From positions 32,001 through 96,000 of the IMG/VR virus record IMGVR_UViG_3300032281_000616: a DNA stretch of 64,000 nucleotides. One strand, given 5' to 3'. Source of the stretch: a virus. Lineage: Duplodnaviria > Caudoviricetes. Positions 1-10,532 of the stretch are shown here, one piece after another. The notes below the pieces were generated by a model. The model did not search any database and had not been told where the DNA came from. It saw nothing but the letters and a program-made list of their open reading frames with translations. Both the position numbers and the translations under genes were made by a program. Position 1 is the first letter of the stretch; every line of letters begins with the position of its first letter.

Positions 1-1
1 A

Positions 2-559
2 ATCCTGAATACGTTCAATGTTCAAAAACAAATAAAAACCGATGATATTAATATTTTTAGTTTTAGTTTGGATAGTAAACTAGGTTATGGTTATGTTTTT
101 CTAAATAACGAAATTGTTTTAGAGATCAGATTATCTCCATATGAATATTTCACTAAACAATTACTCCATGGTGATATATTCTATTATGATGGTAAAACCA
201 AGAGAGATATATTGGATGTTTACTACAATAGTGAATTATTCAAAGATTTGATAATAAATCCATATTATATAGATCCTGAATTAGCCTTTACTACACACAT
301 ACTGAATACTCAAAGTGATATAGATGAGATAACGATATCTTTACCATCTGGTATGAGGAATGGTATCGATAATATACAGTCCATCAACTTAGCGTGTTCA
401 TCACAATTCAAATCGAATTTCGTAAATATCAAGATCAACAATACTGGTGTGGATGAACAAAGTAAGACTAAGATTAAGGAATCATTAGAGAACGATTTAT
501 CGAGAATCCTCCCTATAAATACACAAATAAACAACATAACATTCGAGGATTATAAATAA
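2..559 (+). CDS. C-terminal part of a virion structural (baseplate-region) protein, truncated by window start
   Basis: Frame of ORF 68..559 is open back to base 2; lies in the late structural cluster; no specific motif recognised. Confidence 0.5.
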   Translation: MLNTFNVQKQIKTDDINIFSFSLDSKLGYGYVFLNNEIVLEIRLSPYEYFTKQLLHGDIFYYDGKTKRDILDVYYNSELFKDLIINPYYIDPELAFTTHILNTQSDIDEITISLPSGMRNGIDNIQSINLACSSQFKSNFVNIKINNTGVDEQSKTKIKESLENDLSRILPINTQINNITFEDYK

Positions 560-564
560 AATAT

Positions 565-3414
565 ATGGATGATGAATATCAATGGCCGGGATTGTCTTTA
601 TCCCAATCAGGTGGAGTCGTATCAATTAATCTAAAGGAAACCGCTCTTTTAGATTTTGAAAAATATTACACCAATACATATTGTGCTTCTGATGCTCTTC
701 TCACCCAACAAAGTAATCTAGGAATCACTGGCAGTTTTTCTGCAATCATAAGTATTTCTGTTTTAGATGTTGATGGTTTGTTATTGAAACAATTTTCTAT
801 ACCTTATATCAAGGGTAAAAACGATTATTCTGTAACTTATACAACAAATAAATCCCAAAACCTTACAGTAATTGCAAATATTCAAGTTACCACAGGGGCA
901 TGTGGTCAATATATTCGTTATTATGCTGCGAAATATATTGGGGCAACCACTGAAACAACATCCAATCTTCCAGTTTCTATAGATCTCGTGCTAAAGACTT
1001 CACCAACAATTGGGTTGTCATTCGGTCCTTGGAGATATAAGAGAAGCAATGATGTAACTGGTGGTTATTTTGTTGGTGGTGCTGATACATTTTTTCATAC
1101 AATATCTGAAATACCTTACAATTATTACAGTGTTCGTGGAACTAATCCGAAGATTGTTTATAATTGGCCTGATACGATATCATATAAGATATTTGTTGAT
1201 TATAAAAAGGATTCAACTAATTGGGTTAACGTATATAACGAGATAACAATCTCCGAAGACACCTTTTCCAACTTCGCTAAAGTAAAATCATTTGAACATA
1301 ACGCTGTGATGGAGTTAGACTCAAATGATTTGGTTCAATGGACCGGAAAAATGCAAGAGAATTTTTACAATGCAGGTAAAGGTGAATTTTTAGCATTAGA
1401 AGCATTTGGTTTAAATACACCAAGGGAGTTATTCAAAGAACTCGGAACTTATAGGGTATATATAAACAAATATGATCGTGATGTTGCTGTAGCCACGAGT
1501 AACGTATTCTTCATTGACGTTTCAGACATAATCACAGATGTTCCTGAAGAGCCTACTGAACCTACCGAACCCAATCCACCGGAAGAACCAACTGATCCTG
1601 TAGATCCCCCTATAATCCCCGAAGAGGATGAGGTTCCCATACCAACAACATACAAGTTCAACGAGGTTGCTTACTTTAAGCATACCAATGGTGAAGCATT
1701 TACTTTAAATGGACTTCCATATTATGGATTTTTCCATATTTTGAATGGGGAAGCTTATGTAGGAAGAACACATTTAGAATCTCAGACAAAACTAACCAGA
1801 CAAGATACTCTAATTGCTGATATCTTTCTAAGACAGTATCATTTCGATACATGTTTTGGTAATTTCTCTGATATATCTAATGATGCTCAAATAGACGCAT
1901 TTGAATTATTAAATCTCCAAGGTCTGAATAACTTAATTGATAAAATCAATAGCAATAATATCAAATGTTACAGAAATTTAATTATTCAAAATCCAACTGT
2001 TTATAACTTTTTAGATAACAATAACCATTTCTATGGTTTATCAACATTTGAGCAAGAGACTCGATATAAATGGAATACTACGGATGAAAAGTGGAACAAT
2101 TTCAACTTCACTTTCATAAATTCTACAAAATTTGAACCTATAGAATCTGGATTACCAGCTAAAAACAATTACGCTTACATTCAACCATTTAGTGACAATA
2201 AAAACTGGGAATTTTTAGCTAATGTTAAAATCGGTTCTTTTGTGTTAGATGAATATGACGGTTTTAAATACTTTTGTTCCAATGGATACGACACATATAT
2301 TCTAGAGGGCAATTTCTCCAATACAAATCCTCTAAAATTGATATCTTCAGAAAAACAAACCGAAGAAATTATCGATATATACAATGACCAAGAAAACAAC
2401 AAAATATTTTTGGTTAAAAATAACGGTATAGAAATCTACGATTCAACAGCATTCTTGAATTGTAATAATTTGATTATTTTAGATAGACTAGAGACAAATA
2501 CAACTAATGTTGAAAGTATAAAATTTGGAAAAAACATAAGATCAGCTTTAAGTGGTTCATACATTGGATTCTACAACAAATACTCAAATCAAAAGTATTA
2601 TGATTTCGATTTGAAACAATTCGGTATAAAAAATATCTTAGATATATCTATTAGAGATATCGATGATAATATTATCATACTCTATAAGTTGAATACTGGA
2701 TTCTATGTTTGCTTCTTTGATCCAAATAACATTCAAAATACATTCTTCAACAAAAAAATATATGAGTTGAGTGATGTTAATAGTAAAATAGAATTTTCTA
2801 GAATAGATTCTAATATATTTCATATTCACAACAAAAAAGAATACCAAACTAGGTCACTTACATTCCCAGAATATCCAAACGGAAGACTAGAAACTGAGAA
2901 TTTGTTATACCATAATTTCGAATATCGTTGGGGTAGCACTAAACAAGCATACAACTATGTTGATGTGAAGTGGAATTCTAATAATAGTGATTCTAATTCT
3001 TATAATAATCAACTCAACTCACATATGATTAAGAATAATTATATGTATATGTTGTTGCATAATAATGGTAGAATATATTCGATTAAACAACCTGTGAATG
3101 ACAGATATATCGCAGCAGCACCCTTAAACTTAGAAAAGAAGTTCATCGAGACTCAATGTTCTCAATCCTCCTTCGGATTATATTTTAATTCGATGATAAC
3201 CAATATCGTGAAGGATATTTTGAATATATACAACAAAACTTCACATACTTTTAAATTTGAGCAGTCAAAAGTGATATACAATAAGCTTAAAGAGTTGACT
3301 ATAGCGACAGAGAACCTATATATTAATGGAAACGAAACGATTAATGTTTTGACATTGAGAAGAATTTTATCATCAATCATAGATATTCAGAAAAAATTAC
3401 TTCCTAATTCTTGA
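565..3414 (+). CDS. Large putative virion structural protein with a Pro/Glu linker
   Basis: 949 aa ORF; TATAAATA at 551-558 directly upstream; PEEPTEPTEPNPPEEPTDP linker; lies before the tail fibre genes. Confidence 0.55.
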   Translation: MDDEYQWPGLSLSQSGGVVSINLKETALLDFEKYYTNTYCASDALLTQQSNLGITGSFSAIISISVLDVDGLLLKQFSIPYIKGKNDYSVTYTTNKSQNLTVIANIQVTTGACGQYIRYYAAKYIGATTETTSNLPVSIDLVLKTSPTIGLSFGPWRYKRSNDVTGGYFVGGADTFFHTISEIPYNYYSVRGTNPKIVYNWPDTISYKIFVDYKKDSTNWVNVYNEITISEDTFSNFAKVKSFEHNAVMELDSNDLVQWTGKMQENFYNAGKGEFLALEAFGLNTPRELFKELGTYRVYINKYDRDVAVATSNVFFIDVSDIITDVPEEPTEPTEPNPPEEPTDPVDPPIIPEEDEVPIPTTYKFNEVAYFKHTNGEAFTLNGLPYYGFFHILNGEAYVGRTHLESQTKLTRQDTLIADIFLRQYHFDTCFGNFSDISNDAQIDAFELLNLQGLNNLIDKINSNNIKCYRNLIIQNPTVYNFLDNNNHFYGLSTFEQETRYKWNTTDEKWNNFNFTFINSTKFEPIESGLPAKNNYAYIQPFSDNKNWEFLANVKIGSFVLDEYDGFKYFCSNGYDTYILEGNFSNTNPLKLISSEKQTEEIIDIYNDQENNKIFLVKNNGIEIYDSTAFLNCNNLIILDRLETNTTNVESIKFGKNIRSALSGSYIGFYNKYSNQKYYDFDLKQFGIKNILDISIRDIDDNIIILYKLNTGFYVCFFDPNNIQNTFFNKKIYELSDVNSKIEFSRIDSNIFHIHNKKEYQTRSLTFPEYPNGRLETENLLYHNFEYRWGSTKQAYNYVDVKWNSNNSDSNSYNNQLNSHMIKNNYMYMLLHNNGRIYSIKQPVNDRYIAAAPLNLEKKFIETQCSQSSFGLYFNSMITNIVKDILNIYNKTSHTFKFEQSKVIYNKLKELTIATENLYINGNETINVLTLRRILSSIIDIQKKLLPNS
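1543..1640 (+). repeat. Pro-Glu-Thr low-complexity repeat encoding an interdomain linker
   Basis: PEEPTEPTEPNPPEEPTDPVDPPIIPEEDE in ORF 565..3414. Confidence 0.8.
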
Positions 3415-3443
3415 AATATAATTTGAGTCGTTAAATAAATAAA

Positions 3444-4331
3444 ATGAGTTCTCTTAATGACACTTTAATTTCTGATACATTCGATTCCCTGATACACGCT
3501 AATGGTAATGTATTACCTGTCAGTGGATTGATCGATTTGTATGATGGTAGCGGTAATAAAAGCTCTCTATCTATTGGAAGAGATACTTCAGGTATTAAGG
3601 TTGCTGGTAAGGTTACAGCAGATACTTTAACTGTCGGAAGTGTAAATTATCCAACATTAAATGGAACAATCGGTCATATTGTATATCAACAAACAGCTAC
3701 ACAATGGGGATACTTGGGACAAATTCCTTCTTCTTTATTAGAAACACTATCACCGTCTCCAGCTAAGACTTATAGTAATCCAATTACATCGATAACTGTT
3801 AATAGTAAAGGTCAAGTAACGGATGTTGTAGAGATTGATGATTTTAAGGCTAGTAAAAACATCATCGCTCATCATGCGCCACATGTTAGTGTGACATCGA
3901 CAGCTATTATCATACCTGCTAGTCTTTCTGCTGTAAGTTCTTGGGTTAGAATTGACCTAACAAATGATGGATTGGGATCAACAAATCCAGATTTACCGAC
4001 CGCATCTGTTATAAATTCAACTAAAGCGATTACAGGATTCTTGAGATCTTCTGGTGTTGTTGATCACGGTGGGAAACAAACATTCATTCAAGCTACACCA
4101 AGTCCTAATTTATTAAATGGAACTAATCCTTATATGTATCCTGTTTTATATGATATTCCGACAAATTCAAGTGATCAACGAGGATTGGGTGGTATGTTTT
4201 ATTGTCCAGTTTCTAAAGAAACATCTGGTGGTGTCGAGAGAAACGTTATTTACTTGAGAAATAGAGGAGATGGTTCATCTACCCTAAACGCAACCAGTTG
4301 GGTTTTAACAATCATAGCACAACACGTATAA
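3444..4331 (+). CDS. Tail fibre/baseplate-associated protein
   Basis: Ser/Thr/Gly rich; ITVNSKGQVT fibre-type motif also seen in the next gene (ITVDPYGRVT); TAAATA upstream. Confidence 0.6.
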   Translation: MSSLNDTLISDTFDSLIHANGNVLPVSGLIDLYDGSGNKSSLSIGRDTSGIKVAGKVTADTLTVGSVNYPTLNGTIGHIVYQQTATQWGYLGQIPSSLLETLSPSPAKTYSNPITSITVNSKGQVTDVVEIDDFKASKNIIAHHAPHVSVTSTAIIIPASLSAVSSWVRIDLTNDGLGSTNPDLPTASVINSTKAITGFLRSSGVVDHGGKQTFIQATPSPNLLNGTNPYMYPVLYDIPTNSSDQRGLGGMFYCPVSKETSGGVERNVIYLRNRGDGSSTLNATSWVLTIIAQHV

Positions 4332-4332
4332 T

Positions 4333-5679
4333 ATGCCAGATATCGACATTTCAAAAATAAAAACCCGCAGGGGAACAGATAATCAAAGAAAAAACATAAT
4401 CTTTGATCAAGGGGAAATTGTATCTACCGTAGATACTAAGAGAGTTTTCTTAGGAACAGGTGTTCTAAGTGGTGGTGTTGTGGTCGGTAACAAAATTCAT
4501 TCATCAATTACAAATTTCACATCTCTGTCTAATGTAATTGCTGAACCGGGAGATTTAGTGTATTGTAATAATACATTTTACCAACTAACAGCTTACGGGT
4601 ATAACAATATCTCGAATTGGTCCTTGGTTAATACTAAGGTCAACTCCTCATATTTCGATTATGGAAATAATAACACCTTAACTCTAAAACAAAGTTCGAT
4701 TCCTGTTAATTTCTTAACTCCATCGACTATAACCAATGGATTAAAAGTTGAAAGTAATCTTTTACAATTGGATTATAGTCCAACCTTCTTCACTTTATCA
4801 GGAAATTCCTTAATTCCAAAGATTCAAGGTCTTAGTGCTCTACAAATACACCCAAACACATTTTATAAAGGTATTAGTGGTGGTGGATACGATAAAATTG
4901 GTCTAAATGTTGATCCAAATTACTTCTATTTTAATGGTAATGTTCTCAGTTTGTCTGCTACACCAAGCAACCAAGTATACTTCACAGATTTAAGTTCATC
5001 TTGGTTCGGTGATGGATTAATTTATGATTTCGGTGGAAATGTAATAAAAACAACTTTAGTTAGTGTTGATGAAGTAACTCTAACTAAGAGTTTAACTGGT
5101 GGTGTATCTCTGAAATCGTCCCTTATTGGTTCTGGATTGGTTCTAAACAGCGGAACCCTCTCATCCAACATAACAGGTGTCAGTAATAACACTCTAACTA
5201 GAAATTTCAGTGGAGGTGTAGCTCTCAATACGGCTATGTTTGGTAGTGGATTGGTATATGACTCAGTGACCACATCATTATCTACCGTTTTGACAAATGT
5301 AGATAATGTATCATTAACAGCTACTAATAATGGAGTAATTTCTATCCCAAGAAACGCTTTATCGGGAACAAATAATTGGCCACAAATCACTGTAGATCCA
5401 TATGGTAGGGTTACAAACAATAAATCATCCATTTTGGATGTTTTGACCGGGAATGCTGCTTTAAGTTCTTATAACAATTCAAATAGTCTATCAGCTATAT
5501 TCAATGGTGATTCAATGGGTCTATCTGGACTACAAATAACTAAGTTTACTGCTTTATCTTCCGATGGAACTACCATTATCAATCTTTCATCTGCTGGATT
5601 TATAACTTTTGAAGGAAATACAACAACGAGAAACGGTTCAACTGTAGGACGATTCGCAATCCCAATTTTTAGATACTAA
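4333..5679 (+). CDS. Tail fibre protein with Mtd_N (major tropism determinant N-terminal)-like domain
   Basis: N-terminus KIKTRRGTD..GEIVSTVDTKRVFLGTG matches the RRG..GE...TDT..LxIG pattern; internal ~40 aa GGVxL..GSGLV repeats. Confidence 0.75.
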   Translation: MPDIDISKIKTRRGTDNQRKNIIFDQGEIVSTVDTKRVFLGTGVLSGGVVVGNKIHSSITNFTSLSNVIAEPGDLVYCNNTFYQLTAYGYNNISNWSLVNTKVNSSYFDYGNNNTLTLKQSSIPVNFLTPSTITNGLKVESNLLQLDYSPTFFTLSGNSLIPKIQGLSALQIHPNTFYKGISGGGYDKIGLNVDPNYFYFNGNVLSLSATPSNQVYFTDLSSSWFGDGLIYDFGGNVIKTTLVSVDEVTLTKSLTGGVSLKSSLIGSGLVLNSGTLSSNITGVSNNTLTRNFSGGVALNTAMFGSGLVYDSVTTSLSTVLTNVDNVSLTATNNGVISIPRNALSGTNNWPQITVDPYGRVTNNKSSILDVLTGNAALSSYNNSNSLSAIFNGDSMGLSGLQITKFTALSSDGTTIINLSSAGFITFEGNTTTRNGSTVGRFAIPIFRY

Positions 5680-5682
5680 TAT

Positions 5683-6612
5683 ATGGAAATTTTTCAAAAT
5701 ACACTATTACAATTGATAATCAGACAAGGATTAAACTCCGATAGAAAGAAAATAGTCTTAAAGTCTGGTGAATTGGGATATACTACCGATACTGAACGTC
5801 TTTTCATCGGTAATGGCTCTTTGAGTGGTGGTCAGGTTGTTGGTAATCTGTTTAAGGGTATATCAACTGATATAACCACATTATCTCCATGTGAAGTTGG
5901 GGATTTTGCTTTCGATAGTGATAAAAACAAATTATATAGACTAAAAATCAACAATGGTAGTAATTTATCTGATTGGGAACTTATCGGTGGTGTATATACA
6001 TCTGGAGATAATTACATCCTAATATCCACAGACAATAAATTAACATTAAATCCTCTATCTGCTGGTTCCGTATCAACAAATCTTTTAAATTCTCCTTTAG
6101 GACTTAGTGGTGGAAAAATAACCCTAAATCCTCTATCTGCTGGTTATGTGTCATCAGATTTAGTCGAATCTCCTCTATATGTCGAAGATGGTAGGATCAA
6201 ATTCGGTAATGTTGCTATCAATGATGTATCTACCAACACATTAACGGTTAGTAGTGGTCTTACGATGGTTGCTAATGGAGTTCCTGCTACAGGAACAGCG
6301 GTGAATCCATTATCTACCAATATATACATCGAATCTAATCAGATATATGCTAAGTATAATGGCATAGCTCTATCCGCTGAATATTCTAAGAACATTACTA
6401 GTGTATCTAGACTAAGTGCTGGTCATTATAGGTTTTTTTATTTGAATAAACCTACGTCCTTTATGATTCCAACAGTCCAATTATTTGGAAATAGTTACTG
6501 GGATTATCAAATTAGAACTATTAGTATCAATTTGTCTTCTTGTGATGTCAAGATATTAAGTGGTGGGAGTGTTCCAAGTGATGCAATCTTCACTCTCTTG
6601 ATTAATTATTAA
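5683..6612 (+). CDS. Second Mtd_N-like tail fibre protein
   Basis: IIRQGL..GELGYTTDTERLFIGNG; internal duplication TLNPLSAG..SPL (direct repeat near 6047 and 6125). Confidence 0.75.
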   Translation: MEIFQNTLLQLIIRQGLNSDRKKIVLKSGELGYTTDTERLFIGNGSLSGGQVVGNLFKGISTDITTLSPCEVGDFAFDSDKNKLYRLKINNGSNLSDWELIGGVYTSGDNYILISTDNKLTLNPLSAGSVSTNLLNSPLGLSGGKITLNPLSAGYVSSDLVESPLYVEDGRIKFGNVAINDVSTNTLTVSSGLTMVANGVPATGTAVNPLSTNIYIESNQIYAKYNGIALSAEYSKNITSVSRLSAGHYRFFYLNKPTSFMIPTVQLFGNSYWDYQIRTISINLSSCDVKILSGGSVPSDAIFTLLINY

Positions 6613-6613
6613 T

Positions 6614-7426
6614 ATGTATCCAGCCGATGTAAATATTCCTATAAATGCGAAATATTTTGGGTTTATAGATAGAAAAAATCCCTATAATCCACATTGGGAC
6701 ATAACTTGGAGTTTTACCTTTACTTTATCTGGATCTAATCATGCAATCTGCACATTCTTAACGAATAATCCCAATTTATCTGCTGGTATTCCCGGACATT
6801 ACCTTGGTTTTCAAGGTTCTTATAATTATCTAAGAGACGAAAATAGTAATATACTATTATCTGAATTAGGTGATGAGCTTTTTGCTGAGAATGAAGCTCT
6901 AACAGGATATGATATGAGTGGTGTCATTGGGATAGCTCTTGATTCAACTGGATATTTTGCGCTTTCAAATGAAACCAATCCCGGTGTTGGTATACAAAGT
7001 GTTAAACCTAATAGCTTAATCATCAGAGATTCTAGTTCTAAAGTGTTGGTGAATGAATCTTTATCGTCTTTAGATTCTAATTTTCAATTAACCACGCAAC
7101 TACCCCAAACAATTCGTATAAGATGGGCTAATGGTGGTAGAAAGTTATCAGTCGATTATAAATCGTTATCATCTGATTATAAAACTCTAAAAAGTATAAA
7201 TTTATCGTTCTTCGATCCTTACGATCATGATGCTCTTTATCCAAGTTTCTCTTTTTGTTCACCACTTTCTGGATCACAGACCCCATCAACTCTAAAATTG
7301 AAGAATTTCCACACTCAAGGTAGTTTAGAGGAAGCGTCTCATGAAATATTAGACTACACACCAATCATCAAATCAAATAAGACTGATTATACCACTATAT
7401 CTGGAATAACAGCTATACCTATCTGA
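6614..7426 (+). CDS. Putative lectin-like (ConA/L-type beta-sandwich) virion protein
   Basis: WSFTFTL, IGIALDSTG and beta-rich pattern; tail gene context; fold is an inference. Confidence 0.4.
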   Translation: MYPADVNIPINAKYFGFIDRKNPYNPHWDITWSFTFTLSGSNHAICTFLTNNPNLSAGIPGHYLGFQGSYNYLRDENSNILLSELGDELFAENEALTGYDMSGVIGIALDSTGYFALSNETNPGVGIQSVKPNSLIIRDSSSKVLVNESLSSLDSNFQLTTQLPQTIRIRWANGGRKLSVDYKSLSSDYKTLKSINLSFFDPYDHDALYPSFSFCSPLSGSQTPSTLKLKNFHTQGSLEEASHEILDYTPIIKSNKTDYTTISGITAIPI

Positions 7427-7430
7427 TCAA

Positions 7431-7949
7431 ATGCCTGAAGAAACTTCAACAACTACTACGGAGACTTCAACGACTACTCCTAGTCCATCATCGACTAGTA
7501 CAACTACGTCTACGACAACCCCCACAACAACCCCTGATCCGGGTGGTAGCACAACACCCGATCCTAATGGTAGCACTACGCTACCACCTGATCCTCCTTA
7601 TACAACTAGCACAACCACTCCTAGCCCATCATCAACTACGAGTAGCACAACTACGTCTACAACTACTACGACGACCACAGAAGGTCCTTGTGTGCCTTGT
7701 TTACCACCCCCCGATGGAATACCAGATCCGCCACCCATACCTGAGTTAACTACTAGGACGGTTAACCCTATTGTTATCACTATAACAACACCAAAACCTA
7801 TCAATCCTCTTACAAATATTATCTTAACAACTGTAAGACCGACCACTACAACATCGACAACACCTTCGACAACATTTACATCTTCCTCAACAACTCTAGA
7901 TGTGACTCGAAAAAATTGTGTCGATGGTTGCAATAAATTAGGATTTTGA
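7431..7949 (+). CDS. Thr/Ser/Pro-rich mucin-like protein with CxxC and CxxxC motifs
   Basis: About one third Thr; TTPSPSS and STTPDP repeats; GPCVPC and CVDGC; no signal peptide. Confidence 0.75.
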   Translation: MPEETSTTTTETSTTTPSPSSTSTTTSTTTPTTTPDPGGSTTPDPNGSTTLPPDPPYTTSTTTPSPSSTTSSTTTSTTTTTTTEGPCVPCLPPPDGIPDPPPIPELTTRTVNPIVITITTPKPINPLTNIILTTVRPTTTTSTTPSTTFTSSSTTLDVTRKNCVDGCNKLGF

Positions 7950-7961
7950 TAATTATTCTCA

Positions 7962-8744
7962 ATGAGAAAATTAACCATTGGTATGGCTACCCACGATGAT
8001 TACGATGGGGTGTATTTCACAATACAAAATATTAGATTATGTCATCCAGAAGTTATGGATGATATTGAATTTGTTATTATCGACAACAATCCTTCGGGAC
8101 CTCATGGTGCTTGCGTAAGAAAATTTATCGAATGGGTTAAAGAACCTGTTCAGTATCTTCCATTCACCAAATATAAATCTACAACCATCAAAAATAAAGT
8201 ATTCGAACTAGCTGATACACCCTATGTAATGTGTATCGATAGTCATGTTCTTCTAGAACCCGGATCTATAAAGAAACTTATAGATTTTTATGACTTTGGT
8301 AAAGATTTCGGTAATCTTTTACAGGGTCCTTTAGTGTATGACGATCTAATATCCATATCCACTCACTTCGATAATGTTTGGTCCAACTATATGTGGGGCC
8401 AATGGCAAACAGATAATCGTGGAAAGGATAAAAATGGTGAACCTTTTGAAATACCGTCCCAAGGTTGTGGATTATTCACCTGTAGAAAGGATTCTTGGGT
8501 TGGATTCAACAAAGAATTTCGAGGATTTGGTGGAGAAGAAGGATATATTCACGAAAAATTCAGACAAAAAGGTAAAAAAACCTTATGTCTACCATTTTTA
8601 CGTTGGACTCATCGTTTTGATCGACCAAATGGTGTGACTTACCCTAACGATCTCAAAGAAAGATACAAAAACTACTTAATTGGGTTCACTGAGCTTGGAT
8701 TAGATACCAAGGAATTGAATGAACATTTCAAAGATATAATTTGA
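7962..8744 (+). CDS. Glycosyltransferase family 2 (GT-A)
   Basis: LTIGMAT, FVIIDNN, VMCIDSH (DxD-like), GFGGEEG motifs. Confidence 0.85.
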   Translation: MRKLTIGMATHDDYDGVYFTIQNIRLCHPEVMDDIEFVIIDNNPSGPHGACVRKFIEWVKEPVQYLPFTKYKSTTIKNKVFELADTPYVMCIDSHVLLEPGSIKKLIDFYDFGKDFGNLLQGPLVYDDLISISTHFDNVWSNYMWGQWQTDNRGKDKNGEPFEIPSQGCGLFTCRKDSWVGFNKEFRGFGGEEGYIHEKFRQKGKKTLCLPFLRWTHRFDRPNGVTYPNDLKERYKNYLIGFTELGLDTKELNEHFKDII

Positions 8745-8981
8745 TCACAATAATCCATTTTTTATCTCATATTCCACATCATGGAGCATTGAAACCGCTC
8801 TTTCCTCCATATATTTCTCAATTGCTGCTGGTTTTATTAATAATTCCATATTATCAACACCCAATTGTTCAGCCTTTTCCTTAATAAATTCAAAAGCTTC
8901 CACTAAACATGCCCATCTCGTAAATTCTGTAGAACTCATTTCCTCAATAGACCCATCACCACGTTCTATACACACTGTCAT
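8745..8981 (-). CDS. Hypothetical protein
   Basis: 78 aa ORF in a tightly packed minus-strand run. Confidence 0.6.
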   Translation of the reverse strand: MTVCIERGDGSIEEMSSTEFTRWACLVEAFEFIKEKAEQLGVDNMELLIKPAAIEKYMEERAVSMLHDVEYEIKNGLL

Positions 8982-9010
8982 AATTTGTATTAGTTTATCT
9001 TAGTGTTTTA

Positions 9011-9298
9011 TCACCAATCCCACTCTTTGACTGTCGGTTCACCACCAAATGACTTAACCCAAGGAATTAGTTTATCGGTGAAACATTTTGGACAAATATC
9101 GAATGTTATAGTTTCTCCAGATCCTCCTTCTGGATAATTTGATCCAGTTTTCATCCAAATTTCTGATTCATGTGCATCGTAACAGTTCTCTTTCCAACCA
9201 TCCTCTGTGGAATCACCGCAAATATCGCATAGAGTGAGATCTAATCTATTATATTCCTTGATAATTTCCATTTTGGAAACTTTTGTATATTTTTTCAT
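9011..9298 (-). CDS. Hypothetical Zn-finger-like protein
   Basis: CDIC...ICPKC motifs. Confidence 0.6.
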   Translation of the reverse strand: MKKYTKVSKMEIIKEYNRLDLTLCDICGDSTEDGWKENCYDAHESEIWMKTGSNYPEGGSGETITFDICPKCFTDKLIPWVKSFGGEPTVKEWDW

Positions 9299-9325
9299 AC
9301 GATATAACTATATTCTAGTGTTTTA

Positions 9326-9853
9326 TCAGACACTTTGATCCATGGGCTCAGACAAAAGCACAGTATCATAGTTAATTGTCACTCGATAATTGTTCTTACA
9401 CTTCTCACACTGGACTTCATTATCAGTATTAGGAGAAAATAACCCCTTAAAGGTGTTTCCACCACATACACAAGGTAATTCTACTAATTGAGCATCAAAA
9501 ATCTCCTCATAATCTTTGATTACCTTACTTTGCTCCTCATTTACAGACTCCAGATCAAAAATACTCGTTAAAAGCTTCTGTGTTTCTTCATCTTCCTCTG
9601 GATTAGGCTCTTTTAGGATCAAAAACGTGAATATTCCTGCTGGGATACTCATTAGAATAGGAAAGGCAACTAAAAACCATGGGGCTATTAGAAAATATCC
9701 CGATATTGTCAATAAAATGATTAACCACACCCAAACACCGAGAATTATTGATCTTTTCTTCCAAATTGCTGTCATAAACTGAATTCTAGCAGAGTTTTTG
9801 ATGAAGTCAAGCTTAATAAAGCTCTTCTTCCATTCTTTCGTCCTCAATATCAT
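9326..9853 (-). CDS. Putative membrane protein with C-terminal Zn ribbon (true start probably downstream of 9853)
   Basis: Two hydrophobic segments; CVCG...CEKC. Confidence 0.6.
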   Translation of the reverse strand: MILRTKEWKKSFIKLDFIKNSARIQFMTAIWKKRSIILGVWVWLIILLTISGYFLIAPWFLVAFPILMSIPAGIFTFLILKEPNPEEDEETQKLLTSIFDLESVNEEQSKVIKDYEEIFDAQLVELPCVCGGNTFKGLFSPNTDNEVQCEKCKNNYRVTINYDTVLLSEPMDQSV

Positions 9854-10208
9854 CCATCACATGCTTCGCACCAATGGTGTATTTCTCTAAAATGTAATCA
9901 ACATTCTGCATAAGATACAAAACCATCTTCTCTGTGTTCTTTTTAAGCTTCAGAAGCTCTTTTTTGTTCTTAACATCCTTGGTTTTTAGGATATCTTCAA
10001 TGGTTTTTGCAGCTTGCATCCCATTATCGACCATTTCTCCATAATATGTTGGGAGATTTTGCATCTCATAGGGTAATGCATTAGGTCCATTGTGTGTTTC
10101 TCTTTCCTCTTTCTTGTATTTTTTCATTTGCGCCGATGGATCGAGGTCGTGGTCGATGTCGGGACTTGCAAATTTTGTTGAATAAGGGGACTCTCCTTTA
10201 GCTGCCAT
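9813..10208 (-). CDS. Hypothetical late protein
   Basis: TAAATA (minus, 10214-10219) 5 nt before ATG. Confidence 0.6.
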   Translation of the reverse strand: MAAKGESPYSTKFASPDIDHDLDPSAQMKKYKKEERETHNGPNALPYEMQNLPTYYGEMVDNGMQAAKTIEDILKTKDVKNKKELLKLKKNTEKMVLYLMQNVDYILEKYTIGAKHVMDDIEDERMEEELY

Positions 10209-10241
10209 AGAATTATTTAATATAAATGACTAAATATAGAT
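10209..10241. promoter_or_regulatory. Back-to-back divergent late promoters (TAAATA on each strand)
   Basis: tattta at 10214-10219 and taaata at 10231-10236, each 5 nt from an ATG. Confidence 0.65.
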
Positions 10242-10508
10242 ATGAGTCTTAAAAAAAAAGATCAGGATGCTATTGCTAAGTTATATATAGAAGGATTCGA
10301 TGGAGCGTCAGATGGGCCAGAGGATTATGCGGTAGATGACGCAGTTAATGCTATTTTAAATACTTTGGAACGAACCATGCGAAGAGAAGACATCAAATCC
10401 ATAATGATGATAGTAACAGATCCCAAAAACTTAGAAGAGGTTCGTTATATTGTGGATAGCGAATTAGGTGGGAAATCTCCACAATATTACGATGATGACC
10501 AATATTAA
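10242..10508 (+). CDS. Acidic putative internal head protein
   Basis: Late motif upstream; leader ends LYIE. Confidence 0.5.
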   Translation: MSLKKKDQDAIAKLYIEGFDGASDGPEDYAVDDAVNAILNTLERTMRREDIKSIMMIVTDPKNLEEVRYIVDSELGGKSPQYYDDDQY

Positions 10509-10532
10509 TCTCTCAAAATACTAAATATACCT

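Noticed and set aside
4333-6612. Diversity-generating retroelement suggested by Mtd_N-like domains
   Set aside because: No reverse transcriptase and no template/variable repeat pair with adenine-specific differences were seen in the window.
7598-7978. Val-rich minus-strand ORF
   Set aside because: It is the antisense shadow of the Thr-rich (ACN) codons of the mucin-like gene.
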